The position numbers and the translations under genes are program-made. Source: Felis catus (lineage: Eukaryota). Taken from it: 64,000 nt of DNA. The stretch spans positions 136,586,001 to 136,650,000 of the forward strand of contig NC_058374.1 of the NCBI RefSeq assembly GCF_018350175.1, written 5' to 3'. The notes beneath the pieces are model-generated. The model did no database searches and had not been told where the DNA came from. It saw only the letters and a list, made by a program, of their open reading frames with translations. Each line of letters opens with the position of its first letter. Position 1 is the first letter of the stretch. Below, in pieces: positions 12,095 to 24,325 of this stretch.

Positions 12095-14519
12095 ATTGCT
12101 ATAGACAAGACGCAATCCAGAATGGATACCACGATGGCAAGGATGGATGAAGTAGAGCAGCAAATCAGTGATTTAGAAGATAAAATTATGGAGAATAATG
12201 AAGCAGAAAAAAAGTGGGAAACAAAGGCAAAAGATGATGATACAAGACTTAGAGAACTCAGTGACTTATTAAAAATGAATAACATCCAAATCATAGGAGT
12301 CCCAGAAAATGAAGAGAGAGAAAAAGAGACAGAAGGTTTATGTGAGCAAATTATAGTGGAAAACTTTCCTAGTCTGGTGAAGGAAGCAGACATTCAAATC
12401 CAAGAAGCACAGAGAACTCCCATTGGATTCAACAAAAACTGACCATCACCAAGGCAAATCACAGTCTAATTCTCAAGATACACAGACAAGGAAAGAATTA
12501 TGAAAACAGCAAGGGGAAAAAAGTCCTTAACCTATAAGGGAGGACAGATCAGATTCACAGCAGACCTAGCCACAGAAACTTGGCAGGCCAGAAAGGAGTA
12601 GCAGGATATATTGGAGCTGAATTGGAAAAATATGCAGCCAAGAATTCTTTATCCAGCAAGGCTGTCATTAAAAATAGAAGGAGAGATGAAGAGTTTCCCA
12701 GACAAACAAAAACTAAATGAATTCGTGACCACTAAACCTGCCCTGCAAGAAATTTTAAGGGGGACACTTTGAGTGGAGAAAAGACAAAACAAAACAAAAC
12801 AGACCAAAAGCAACAAAGACTAGAAAGGACCAGAGAACATCATCAGAAACACGAACTCAACAGGCAACACAATGGCGCTAAATTCATATCTTTCACCCTA
12901 AATGTCAATGGACTAAACACTCCAATCAAAAGACACAGGGTATCAGAACGGATAAGAAAATAAGACTGATCTCCATGCTGCTTACAAGAGACTCATTTTA
13001 GACCTAAAGACACCTGCAGGTTGAAAGTAAGGGGATGGAGAACCATCTGTCATGCTAATGGTCATCAAAAGAAAGGTGGAGTAGCCATATTTATATCAGA
13101 CAAACTAGATTTTAAAATAAAGACTGAAGAAGGGCATTATATCATAATTAACGGGTCTATCCAACAATAATATCTAACCATTGTAAATACTTAGGCCCCC
13201 AATGTGAAAGCACCCAAATACATAAATCAATTAATCACAAACATAAAGAAACTCATTGATAACAATGACATAATAGTAGGGGACTTCAACACCCCATTTA
13301 CAACAGTGGACAGATCATCTAAGCAGAAACTCAACAAGGAAACAATGGCTCTGAATGACAACCGGACCAGATGGACTTAACAGATACAGTCAGAATGTTT
13401 CATCCTAAAGCATCAGAATACACATTCTTCTCAAGTGCACATGGAACATTCTCCAGAATAGATCACATACTGGATCACAAATCAGCCCTCAACAGATACA
13501 AAAAGATTGAGACCATACCTTGCATATTTTCAGATCACAATGCTATGAAACTCGAAATCAATCACAAGAAAAAAATCTGGAAAGACCATGAATAATTGGA
13601 GATTAAAGAACATCCTGATAAAGAATGAGTTAACCAAGAAATTAAAGAGGAAATTAAAAAGTACATGGAAGCCAATGAAAATGAAAACACAACAGCCCAA
13701 GCCTCTGGGATGCAGTGAAGGTGGTCATAAGAGGGAAGCATATAGCATACCAGGACTTCCTAAAGAAGGAAGAAAGATCTCAAATACACAACCTAACCTT
13801 ACACCTAAAAGAGCTGGAGAAAAAAAAAAAAACAGCAAATAAAGCCCAAAACTAGCAGAAGAAGGGAAATAGTAAAGATTAGAACAGAAATCGGTGATAT
13901 TGAAATCAAAAAACAGTAGAAGAGATCAATGAAACCAGGAACTGGTTCTTTGAAAGAATTAACAAAATTGATAAACCTCTAGCCAGATTGATCAAAAAGA
14001 AAATTGAAAGGACCCAAATAAATAAAATCACGAATGAAAGAGGAGAGATCACAACCACCACTGCAGAAATACACATGATAATAAGAGAATATTATGAGCA
14101 ACTATATGCCAACAAATTGGGTAATCTGGAAGAAATGGACAAATTCCTAGAAACATATAAACTACCAAAGCTGAAACAGGAAAAAAGAGAAAATTTGAAC
14201 AGACCCATAACCAGTAAAGAAATTGAATCAGTAATCAAAAACCTCCCAACAAACAAAAGTCCAGGGCCAGATGGCTTTCCAGGGGAATTCTACCAAACAT
14301 TTAAAGAAGAGTTAACACCTATTCTTTTGAAGCTGTTCCAAAAAATAGAAATGGAAGGAAAACCTCCAAATTAATTCTACAAGGCCAGCATTACCCGGAT
14401 TCCAAAATCAGATAAAGACTCTACTAAACAAGAGAACTACAGACCGATTTCCCTGAGGAACATGGAGGCAAAAATTCCCAGCAAGATACTAGCAAACTGG
14501 ATCCAAGAATACATTAAAA

Positions 14520-14693
14520 NNNNNNNNNNNNNNNNNNNNNNNNNNNNNNNNNNNNNNNNNNNNNNNNNNNNNNNNNNNNNNNNNNNNNNNNNNNNNNNNN
14601 NNNNNNNNNNNNNNNNNNNNNNNNNNNNNNNNNNNNNNNNNNNNNNNNNNNNNNNNNNNNNNNNNNNNNNNNNNNNNNNNNNNNNNNNNNNNN
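14520..14693. other. Assembly gap (N) within L1
   Basis: N run. Confidence 1.
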
Positions 14694-15052
14694 AAACAAA
14701 CCCTCAAGAAAACAGGGATATAAGGATCACACCTCGAGATCATAAGGGCCGTATACAAAAGACTCACCGCTAATATCATTCTCAATGGGGAAAAACGGAC
14801 AGCGTTCCCCCTAAGGTCAGGAACACGAGAAAGATGTCCACTCTCGCTACAGTTATTCAACATAGTGTTGGAAGTCCTAGCCTCAACAATCAAACGACAC
14901 GAAGAAATAAAAGGCATCCAAATTGACAAGGAGGAAGTCAGACTTTCACTCTTTGCAGACAACATATTTATGTGGAAAACCCAAAGACTCCATCAAAATA
15001 CTGCTAGAACTGATTCATGAATTCAGCAAAGTTGCGGGATATAAAATCAATG

Positions 15053-15193
15053 NNNNNNNNNNNNNNNNNNNNNNNNNNNNNNNNNNNNNNNNNNNNNNNN
15101 NNNNNNNNNNNNNNNNNNNNNNNNNNNNNNNNNNNNNNNNNNNNNNNNNNNNNNNNNNNNNNNNNNNNNNNNNNNNNNNNNNNNNNNNNNNNN
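15053..15193. other. Assembly gap (N) within L1
   Basis: N run. Confidence 1.
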
Positions 15194-17568
15194 AGAAAAC
15201 TATAGAAAGCTTATGAAAGAAATTGAAGAAGACACAAAAAACCAGAAAAATATTCCATGCTCATGGATGGGAGGAACAAATAGTATTAATATGTTAATAC
15301 TACCCAAAGAAATCTACATATCCAATGCAATCTATATCAAAATAACACCAGCATTCTTCACAGAGCTAGAACAAACAATCCTAAAATTTGTATGGAACCA
15401 GAAGAGACCCTGAATAGCCAAAGCAATCCTGAAAAAGAAAACCAAAGATAGAAGCATCACAATTTCAGACTTCAACACCTGTCAGAATGGCTAAAACTAA
15501 CAACTCAGGCAACAACAGATGTTGGCGAGGATGCGGAGAAAGAGGAACCCTTTTGCACTGCTGGTGGGAATGCAAACTGGTCCAGTCACTCTAGAAAATG
15601 GTACGGAGTTTCCTCACAAAATTCAAAATAGAACTCCCCAAGACTCCGCAATTGTACACGACTAGGTCATTATCCAAAGGATACAGGAGTGCTGATTCAA
15701 AGGGGGCACAAGCACCCCAATGTTTATAGCAGCGCTATCGACAAGAGCTGAAGTATGGAAAGAGCCCAGATGTCCATCAACCGATGAATGGATAAAGAAG
15801 ATGAGATACACGTACATATTTATATGTGTATATACCTATACACACAATGGACTATCACTTGGCGATCAAAAAGAATGAAACCTGGCCATTTGCAACAACG
15901 TGGATGGAACTAGAGGGTACTATGCTAAGTGAAATAAGTCAGTCAGAGAAAGACAAATACATGACTTCACTCATATGGGGAATTTAAGATACAAGACAGA
16001 TGAACATAAGGGAAGGGAAGCAAAAATAATGCAAGAACAGAGAGGAAGACAAACCATAAGAGATTCTTAAATACACAGAACAAACTGAAGGTTGCTGGCG
16101 GGGTGTTGGGTAGGGGGAAAGGCTAAAGGGGTGAGGAGCATTAAGGAGGGCACCCGCTGGGATGAGCACTGGGCATTATACGTAAGTGATGAATCATTAC
16201 ATTCTATTCCTGAAATTATTGGTACACTGTATGTTAACGAACTTGGAATTGAATTTTTTTAAAAATTTTTAAAAAGAAGGAAAAAAATTCTAATTCCATT
16301 AGCATTTATTGGGGGCTTACTTTGAGCCAGGAAATGTGCTTAAGATTCATGAAAACCCACCACCGAACCCTCCTCATGCCCAACCACTGGCTGCACTTGC
16401 CATTTCATCAGTGGCGACGCCGACACTCAGGACAGGCCGGCAAGGTGTCCGGGACGACGCAGCTGCTAAGCCCAGAGCGGGTCCAGGGGGAGAGCTCATC
16501 CCAGGTACCAAGTTCATACGGCTGTCTGTGGCCAAGGCCTTCCTGTTGTTTTTCACACAATTCCTAAGAAGCTCCTTGCAGGAGGGGCAAATCTCTGGTT
16601 ACCCGAGCTGTATGGCTGGTTAGGGAGCACTCACCGCACCCCCCCCCCCGCCCCGCCTCACCCTGCTCTGCACACACGTGAGGAGGACCTGCCATAATTG
16701 CATTCCTTGTTGTGGTTACTGCTGATGCAAATAACCGCTCGCTTTATTTTATCCATAAATTCCCTTCCTAATAACAATAAGGCATGCCAGGGCCTTGGCC
16801 TCGTGCCTTATTACACCACCTGAGGAGTGAGATAATCACCCAGAAATGTACTGCCTGTTGTGCATTTTATTACTTGAATACAAAGCGATTCAATTCAAGA
16901 AACACTTAGTTGAAGACAGCAGGAAAAAAAAATAATAATCATATGAAAAGTAATTCTTCCTAATGCCACTGAGCACACCGCAGGGAATAATCCTCTTCCA
17001 GCAGGAGAATGGTCTGTGACCTGTTGGGTCTTCTCTGGTTCCAGTTTCTACCAATTGCAGGATCATAAAAGCCAGAGAGACGTCACTTACTATACGGATA
17101 TTCCAAAGAGCCAGATCCAGGTAGCTGTGACCATGGAGCCTGTTTGGTGTTCAACATGAACATCCACGGTATCAGCATTGTCCAAGCAACTACCCCCTCG
17201 GCGATTCATTCTTGAGCAAATGCTACAGGCCGCACATGGGTGAGGGTGGAGGGACGGAAGGGGAAGTATGAACAGCCCAACCTCCAACCGCTCACCATCT
17301 AACTCAGGATTTTAGGAAAACGCAGCATGTTTTTCAAGCACAGGAGCGGGTCTACCCATAGCAAGTGCAATAGCACTGAGGCGGCATGTAGAAACTTAGC
17401 AACTTCCTGTCCTCGAGTTGCTCAGGATGTGCACTGAATCACTCTTGCTCTGGGGTTAAAGACCTTTCCCAAGAGATGCCACTGTCAGTTCATGTCAAGG
17501 TGGGGGAAAGCTAGTTCATTTGTAGATTCCTTATGCGGAAATGCCATGGTTTTAAAAGGCTGTTGCAC

Positions 17569-17782
17569 GGGCGCCTGGGTGACCAGTCGGTTGAGCGCCC
17601 AACTCTTGATTTCAGCTCAGGTCATGATCTCGTGGTTCATGGGATCAAGCCCCATGTCGGGCTCTGCAGTGACAGCGCAGAACCTGCTTGAATTGTCTCT
17701 CTCCCTCTCTCTCTGCTCCTCCCCCGCTCATGCACATGCATGCCCTCTCTCTCTCTCAAAATAAATTAAAAAAAATTTTTTA
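17569..17782 (+). mobile_element. Older CAN-SINE hosting a second SINE in its tail
   Basis: TSD aaaaggctgttg at 17554-17565 and 18019-18030 brackets both SINEs. Confidence 0.93.
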
Positions 17783-18005
17783 TTAAAAAATTTTTTTTCA
17801 ATGTTTTTTATTTATTTTTGGGACAGAGAGAGACAGAGCATGAACGGGGGTGGGGCAGAGAGAGAGGGAGACACAGAATCGGAAACAGGCTCCAGGCTCC
17901 GAGCCATCAGCCCAGAGCCTGACGCGGGGCTCGAACTCACGGACCGCGAGATCATGACCTGGCTGAAGTTGGACGCTTAACCGACTGCGCCACCCAGGTG
18001 CCCCT
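17783..18005 (-). mobile_element. Young SINEC_Fc, antisense, nested
   Basis: Reverse head ...ccgactgcgccacccaggtgcccc; TSD aaaaaatttttta at 17770-17782 and 18006-18018. Confidence 0.95.
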
Positions 18006-18064
18006 AAAAAATTTTTTAAAAAGGCTGTTGAAGCAGACCCACAGGCAGATAGGTAGCTTTAAAC

Positions 18065-18220
18065 GAGTAGTTCTCAAAATGTGGTCCCTGAACCAACAAT
18101 ATCAGCATCACCTAGAACCTTTTCAGAGAGGCATTTTATCAGGCCCCACCCAGACCAACCAATCGGGAAACTCGGGGGTTGGGGCTGACCCAGCCATGTG
18201 TCTGTTAACACGCTGAAACC
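18065..18220 (+). mobile_element. MER5-type hAT-Charlie DNA transposon remnant
   Basis: agtagttctcaaaatgtggtccctgaacc...gcatcacctaga...caggccccacccagacc. Confidence 0.65.
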
Positions 18221-18485
18221 GTTGGGTCAGAAGACCCTGAAGCTGATTTATGAGTCTATAGTTTTTGAAGGGGGCTCTGTAAAGTTCCCTGCTTAATATC
18301 AAAACGAAGTAAAAGACCACAAACATTACACCGAAGCGATTCCATGTAGACCCGCCTAGCAATAACTGAGCACCTATTTTGCTGGCGATCGGTGAATCCA
18401 GAGAGAAAAGCCAAATTGACTCATGAGGCCAAGACTTGAACTCTCCTGAATTTAACGTTAGGCTTTTTGCCCAGTTGAGCCAGGG

Positions 18486-18486
<1 letters not shown>

Positions 18487-18533
<47 letters not shown>
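18487..18533 (+). repeat. (TG)n microsatellite
   Basis: About 23 uninterrupted units. Confidence 0.97.
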
Positions 18534-18536
<3 letters not shown>

Positions 18537-19064
18537 CACTTGCATTCGTGCATGAGTGATTTGTGTGTCTTCTCATAGAAACACACAGATGAGAAAATCT
18601 GTCAACACTCAAGAAGGGGTGCCTTGCATTGCCCAAAGTGCCCCACAATTCTGCAACCTACTTAAAAGAACATGTGGAAAATTAAAAGTGAGTCGTCTAC
18701 ATAATGATCTAATCAAATATTAGGATTCCGGGGCTTGTGCTGCCTCCTCCATCCCAGCCTCACACCCCCCTCACTCTCTTAGACTCAGCTGGCAACCCCT
18801 TGTCTACTGTTCTAAACACAGGGATTACAAGAATGCAAGCTGATTTACAAATATATTCCAAATGATAGGGTATCGTAAAAAACAATTTAGCCAGTCAACC
18901 GAATTCAATTTAGCAGAAAGAATCCGTGGTTATTAAGTGACCTGCCTCCAGGGCCTGTGGCTCCACATGTCTGAGCCACGGGCTTCCTCCACCAAGGGTC
19001 CCCCCTGCTCATGCTCTCCCCAGAACCCCATACAGGCTCTCACCTTCCTCCCAAATCTCATTTT

Positions 19065-19276
19065 TTTTAATGTTTATTTTTGAGAGAGAGACAGAGACAG
19101 AGACAGAGCTCGAGATGGGAAGGGCCAGAGAGAGAGGGAGACACAGAATCTTTTAGCAGGCTCCAGGCTCTGAGCTGTTACCACAGAGCCCGGCGCGGGG
19201 CTCGAACTCATGGACCTCGAGATCATGACCTGAGCCCAAGTCGGATGCTTAACCAAATGAGCCACCCAGGCGCCCC
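19065..19276 (-). mobile_element. CAN-SINE
   Basis: Reverse SINE; TSD ccaaa(t/c)ctcatttt. Confidence 0.93.
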
Positions 19277-19532
19277 TTCCCAAACCTCATTTTAACCAAT
19301 ACCTCCCCTTACAGCATGAATTCCAAGCCTACCCCCACCCACACTACAAGACACATCCACACAAACCCAGAAATCAAACTCAAAATATAACACAAACCTC
19401 TCAACGTTAACATGCTTTAATAGAGTAGCATAAATAACGATTATAAGTATGTCGAAACATAAAAACGTGTTTAGAACAATGTTAAGAGAAAAAGTACTAT
19501 GAACACAATGACATAAAAAAGTGTTTTCACAA

Positions 19533-19755
19533 GGGCGCCCGGGGGGGCTCAGCCGGTTGAGCCTCCGACTCTCACTTCCGCTCAGGCCACGGTCTCATGG
19601 TTCATGGGATCCAGCCCCGCGTCGAACTCTGCACTGACAGTGCAGAGCCTGCTTGAGAGTCTCTCTTTCCTCTCTCTCTGCCCCTCCCCTGCACGCATGG
19701 GTGTGCTCTCTCTCTCTCTCTCTCCAAAATAAACGAATTAAAAAAAAAATGAATG
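19533..19755 (+). mobile_element. CAN-SINE
   Basis: Head, CT tract, A tail; TSD aaaaa(a/t)gtgttttcaca. Confidence 0.92.
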
Positions 19756-21310
19756 AAAAATGTGTTTTCACATGTGGATAGAGTCTACAAGACGTGACAA
19801 AAATAGCTATGTTGGCATGTGGGGGGGAGGGAGGGAATCAGTGATCTTTTTTCTTTTAAATGTTCTTTAACAAATGTCTCGCAGCATGTTAGAAAGAACA
19901 TGCCTACCAGGGCCCCCCAAGGCAGCCCGTGACCTAGCTCCGGCCTCCTCCCTCGCCCCTCCTGGCCTCCCATGGCCTGGGGGTCCCTCTCCCCACCCAG
20001 CCAACTCCTGTCACCCGCAGATATGGGTGTGACTGTCACCTCCTGGGAGGGGTTTCCCTGATTACCCCATCTGCATCGTCCTCCACACCCTCTCATCAAA
20101 GCCCGTCCTTTCCCTGCGCCGCACTCACCACGGCTGGGAGTCACGCTTGCATTTGAGAAATGACAACCTCCGTTATAGGCTCCATGAAATAAAACAGAAC
20201 TTCTACACCACTGAACTCCCAGCCCCAGAGTACCCAACACATGACTGTGGTTCCAGAAGCGTTTCTCAAATTAATGAGTGGAGGATGTTCACAGCCCTGT
20301 CATTCAACGGCACTCTCCTCCCAACACATACTGACACGCACACACTCGCACACGCACACGCATGCACGCACACACACGCACCTCTTCCCACTCCTGGGTC
20401 CCGTTTAGGGTCGTCACCCTCTTTCCCACCACCCAACACAGCAGTTTCAGTATCACCCATGATTCTCACTCTGGGCCCTTCCCCGAGCACTGGTGACCAG
20501 GGTCAAAAAGGTCTCAATTAACACCCAAGACCCTTATGACTGTTCCGCGTCTCCCTTCCCTGCTAGGCTCTTAGCTTCATGACAGCAGGGCCCACGTCTG
20601 ATTACGGTGTCCAAAACACAATGGACGTTGAGTTTAACTGAACCGAGTGCTGTGGTTGTGTGGTAACCTCTATCAGCACGAATGCCTGGCTGCTCCCGAA
20701 CACAGATCTAAAGAAACAGCTTACACCATTTTGTTTGTAATGTGCTTTCTCGATCGCGAGCCCCAAAATCTCATTTCAGACGGCGGCTCAGAAATCCACT
20801 CTCACCTAATGACCGTTCTCAGACTCCCCGACACCTAACACGACGACACAGCTACGGCAACAGGCCACAGCCAAGTTGTGTCGGAAGACCTGCCCGCGCT
20901 GGCTGTCAAACAGCTGTTCCCGGCTCAAAACCTGTTTCGCTGGCAGCCTTTTCAAATGCACGAGCTGGAAACTAGTACGCTCTCTCCTCCAGCTCCCGGG
21001 AGCAGACAAGGAGCGGTTAACATATCCTATTTTTATAGTGCTGCCGGGCCCAAGCAAGTCCTCAGATGCTGGCAAAGGCCCGCCGCGCTGGTTTCTCGCT
21101 TGAGCTCTCGGCAAGGGAAAGTTTTGCTTCTGCCGCCACCTATGGGGGAAACCGAGCGCGCGGCCACCAGCAAACCTGCACCCACGGCCCCCGTGGCAAG
21201 GCAGGCTCCATGGTGCTCCATGGTTTTCCGATGGCCCCAGACTCGTCAAATATTTGTAGTCGTGTTGAGCACCAAATTAAGGGCCTTCGGCTTTAAAACG
21301 CATAAGCCGA

Positions 21311-21525
21311 GGGGCGCCCGGTGGCTCGGTTGGTTGAGCATCCGACTTGGGCTCAGGTCACGATCTTGTGGTTTGTGAGTTCGAGCTCCGCGTTGGGCTC
21401 TGTTTTGACAGCTCAGAGCCCACAGCCTGCTTCCGATTCTGTGTCTCCCTCTCTCTCTGCCCCTTGCCTGCTCATGCTCTGTCTCTGTCTCTCAAAAATA
21501 AATAAACATTAAAATTTTTTTTAAA
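21311..21525 (+). mobile_element. CAN-SINE
   Basis: ggggcgcccggtggctcggttggttgagc head, A/T tail. Confidence 0.92.
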
Positions 21526-22226
21526 TAAAATGAATAAGCTGATACTTGCTGATATGACAAATATGCAAGTCCCTAGACAATTTCGGCACAAAAACCAGCA
21601 TTTGGTATGTGCCTGCTGCATGAATGACTGGCCCCAAACAGACAGGACTGATAACGGTATCATTAACAGCCAGTAAAGCACCCTTCTCTCGAGGCCTTAC
21701 GCCCGGCATGGTACTGTGAACTTGAGCCACACGCCCGAGCAGCGTCTCACCTGGCCTTGGTACCGCAGGACTTGGTGCTGTTGACCGTGGCAGCATTCGT
21801 CTGGGGGCTATTTCGTCTCATTTCCTTCGAAATTAACTACTTCGGAAACTGTGGGTTCTGAAAAATTCGAGAGCAAGGAGTTAGCACAGATTGGCAGGCA
21901 GATTTTCTCGTTTAGCTTATCGAGCCACAAGAGTGGAGCCTGTGGGTCCGTAAAAGCATCAGCTGATTTTGCAGGCGACTGGAGAATCGTGTCAAAAGCC
22001 TCAGGCAGGTCCTCCGCGTGAATTCATACTAAACTGTAGGCTTCCCGGGGGAGCTATGTCAGCCCTGTAGGCGCATCACTAACCTGCCTGTGTCCAGATC
22101 ACACACGCGCCCCACACGCACCACAATCACACACCCTCTAGTTTCCTCACAGCAGCCAGAATAAACATTTTAAAGTGCTGACATCCTCGTGTTTCCTCCT
22201 TGCTGGAAAAACTCCCAACTGCTTCC

Positions 22227-22445
22227 GGGGTGCTGGGGTGGCTGAGCTGGTTAAGCATTCGACTCTTGGTTTCGGATCAGCCCGTGACCTCACGGTTCAT
22301 GGGCTCAAGCCCGGCATCGGGCTCTGCACTGACAGTGCACAGCCTGCTTGGGATTCTCTCTCTCTGCCCTCCCCCGCTCATGCTCGCTCGCTCTCTCTCT
22401 CTCTCCCTCTCTTAAAATAAAACTTAAAGAAACAAAAACAAAAGA
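22227..22445 (+). mobile_element. CAN-SINE
   Basis: Diverged head, CT tract; TSD caactg(c/t)ttcc. Confidence 0.9.
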
Positions 22446-22709
22446 ACGGCAACTGTTTCCTGTTGTCCTTAGGATTAAAACCAAAGCCCTCAATGGTGTC
22501 GCAAGGCCCTGTGGGACAGCCCTTGCCTGCTCCTCCATCGGTCTCCCTCTCCCCAGTTCCTTGAGCCTCAGCCACAGAAGCCTTTGGCCGTCTGTGTGAT
22601 GTGGCCTATCCTGCACGGAAGCTCTGTTTTCAGAGCCATAGCCCCCCACCTAGACCACTCGCCCTTCGCATTAGGGTCTGCCTAATGCTCTCCTCCTCCT
22701 CCCAAAGAT

Positions 22710-22880
22710 CAGTGGTTCTCAAACTCCAGTGACCGTCAGAACCGCTTGGAGGGCTTGTTAGGAACCGATCCCCGGGCGCGAGCTCCAGGTCCTGATCCTA
22801 GGTCTAGATCCTGGGGAGGGTGGGGCCTGAGAATTCACCTCACTGGAAAGTTCCCAGGGGCCGCTGCTGCCCAAGACCAA
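22710..22880 (+). mobile_element. MER5A-like hAT element
   Basis: cagtggttctcaaactccag...ggggcctgagaatt...aagttcccagg. Confidence 0.65.
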
Positions 22881-23435
22881 GGCCACAGATGCAGTCTTCC
22901 TTGGCACCCCCACACTAGGCCACACCCCCCTTACACACACGCACGACCTCTGTTGTCCTTCACAGCCCTTAGCCCAGTTTGTCATGAGTATTCAGTTAAT
23001 GCTTGTCTCGTAGACTTTAAGTTCCAAAAAAGCAAGGGCCGGGTTAATTTGTGTGATCGGTACAGCCTCAGGTCCCGGTCTAGGGACTAGCGGTCAGGGG
23101 TGTTCAGATTCACTGAGTGAACAAATGAATTTGCTTCCACTCTTGAACCTTGGAAAGTTACGGCAGAAATCCCTGCCTTTGACTCTGGCCTCCAGCTCTC
23201 TTTCTGAGCGGCTGGCGAGGATGGTCAAGTTTACTTGCAAAACACTCTTCAGTCTTTTCCTTGCCCCATTCCATCCCTCCATCACTGCTCCATTCATCCT
23301 CGCTCATCTGGGTCACAGAAATAGCCCCGCACATCACTTCCAGATCCCACCTTCTCCCTCCAACCCGTCTCCTCTGTTGCCAGGATTTCTCTTTCTAGCG
23401 CACTGATATAGTTGTGTGGCTCCCTGGCTTAAAAA

Positions 23436-23718
23436 TGTACAATGTGAAACTATACATGTGTTAGAATCTCATAGAACTACGTACCGAGAGAAAACACGTC
23501 AAACTAGTGAGACCCGAATACAACCCATAGTTTAGCCACTAGTACAGTCCCAATGGCGTTATCCTGATTTTGATCACTGTACTACGGCTACTTGGTAAGG
23601 TGTTATCACGGTGCGGCGGGTTAGGAGGGCACCGGGGTGCACAGAGGAACTCTCTGTACTGATTCTGTAACAGATTTGTGAGTCTAAAATTATGAAGTTT
23701 AAAAAAGAAAAAAAAAAA
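23436..23718 (+). mobile_element. L1MC-type 3' end with A tail
   Basis: atcctgattttgatcactgtac...gaactctctgtact...gagtctaaaatt + polyA. Confidence 0.65.
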
Positions 23719-24091
23719 CCCTACACTACTTCTCCAGGGTTATCTGAGCTGAAACCAAACTCCTAACTGTGGGGACAGGATCATTCCCATCATTAATAAG
23801 CCGGCCCCCGGCGACCAGCAGATCCCAGCGCTCCACGCGGGCGGCATCATCAGGCAGCACTCGGAACGCGCCGTGTCGTTCCTCACCTCTGAGTTCTGGT
23901 TCATGCTTTTGCTAGGATTTCCTTCCACCTCTCCTGCCTGCACGCTGCGATTCATCTTTCAAGATTGAGGGTGCAGCCCCTCCTTCATGAGGCCTTCCTT
24001 CCTATCTTCCTTAAACAAAACTACTCGTGATTTTATGGAGAATCTGGTCTCACAGTTTTGTTTTACCAATTGTTTTATTTACTCAAGGACA

Positions 24092-24325
24092 GGGGCGCTG
24101 GGTGGCTCAGTCCGTTAAGCGTCAGACTCTTGACTTCGGCTCAGGTCATGGTCTCACGGTTCATGGACTTGAGCCCCGCGTCGGGCTCGGCACTGGCAGC
24201 ATAGAGACTACTTAGGATTCTCTCTCTCCCTCTCTCTCTCTCTGCCTCTCCCCCACTCGTGATCTCTCTGTCTCTGTCTCTCTCTCAAAATACATAAAGA
24301 AACTTGAAATAAACATAAAGAAAAG
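24092..24325 (+). mobile_element. CAN-SINE
   Basis: ggggcgctgggtggctcagtccgttaagc head, CT tract, A-rich tail. Confidence 0.92.

Larger units (their letters stand above)
10889..16273 (+). mobile_element. Near-full-length carnivore LINE-1 (5' UTR, ORF1, ORF2, 3' UTR), inactive
   Basis: TSD aagaaggaaaaaaa at 10874-10887 and 16274-16287 with tttt|aaga nick context; ORF1 fragments (IQEAQRTP), endonuclease (GDFNTP, SRIDHI) and RT pieces (SPGPDGF, SLFAD); stops, frameshifts, a deletion near 15478, two N gaps. Confidence 0.93.

Noticed and set aside
11936-14374. L1 ORF1/ORF2-like ORFs as possible active retrotransposon genes
   Set aside because: Broken by stops, frameshifts, a nested insertion and a deletion; inactive.
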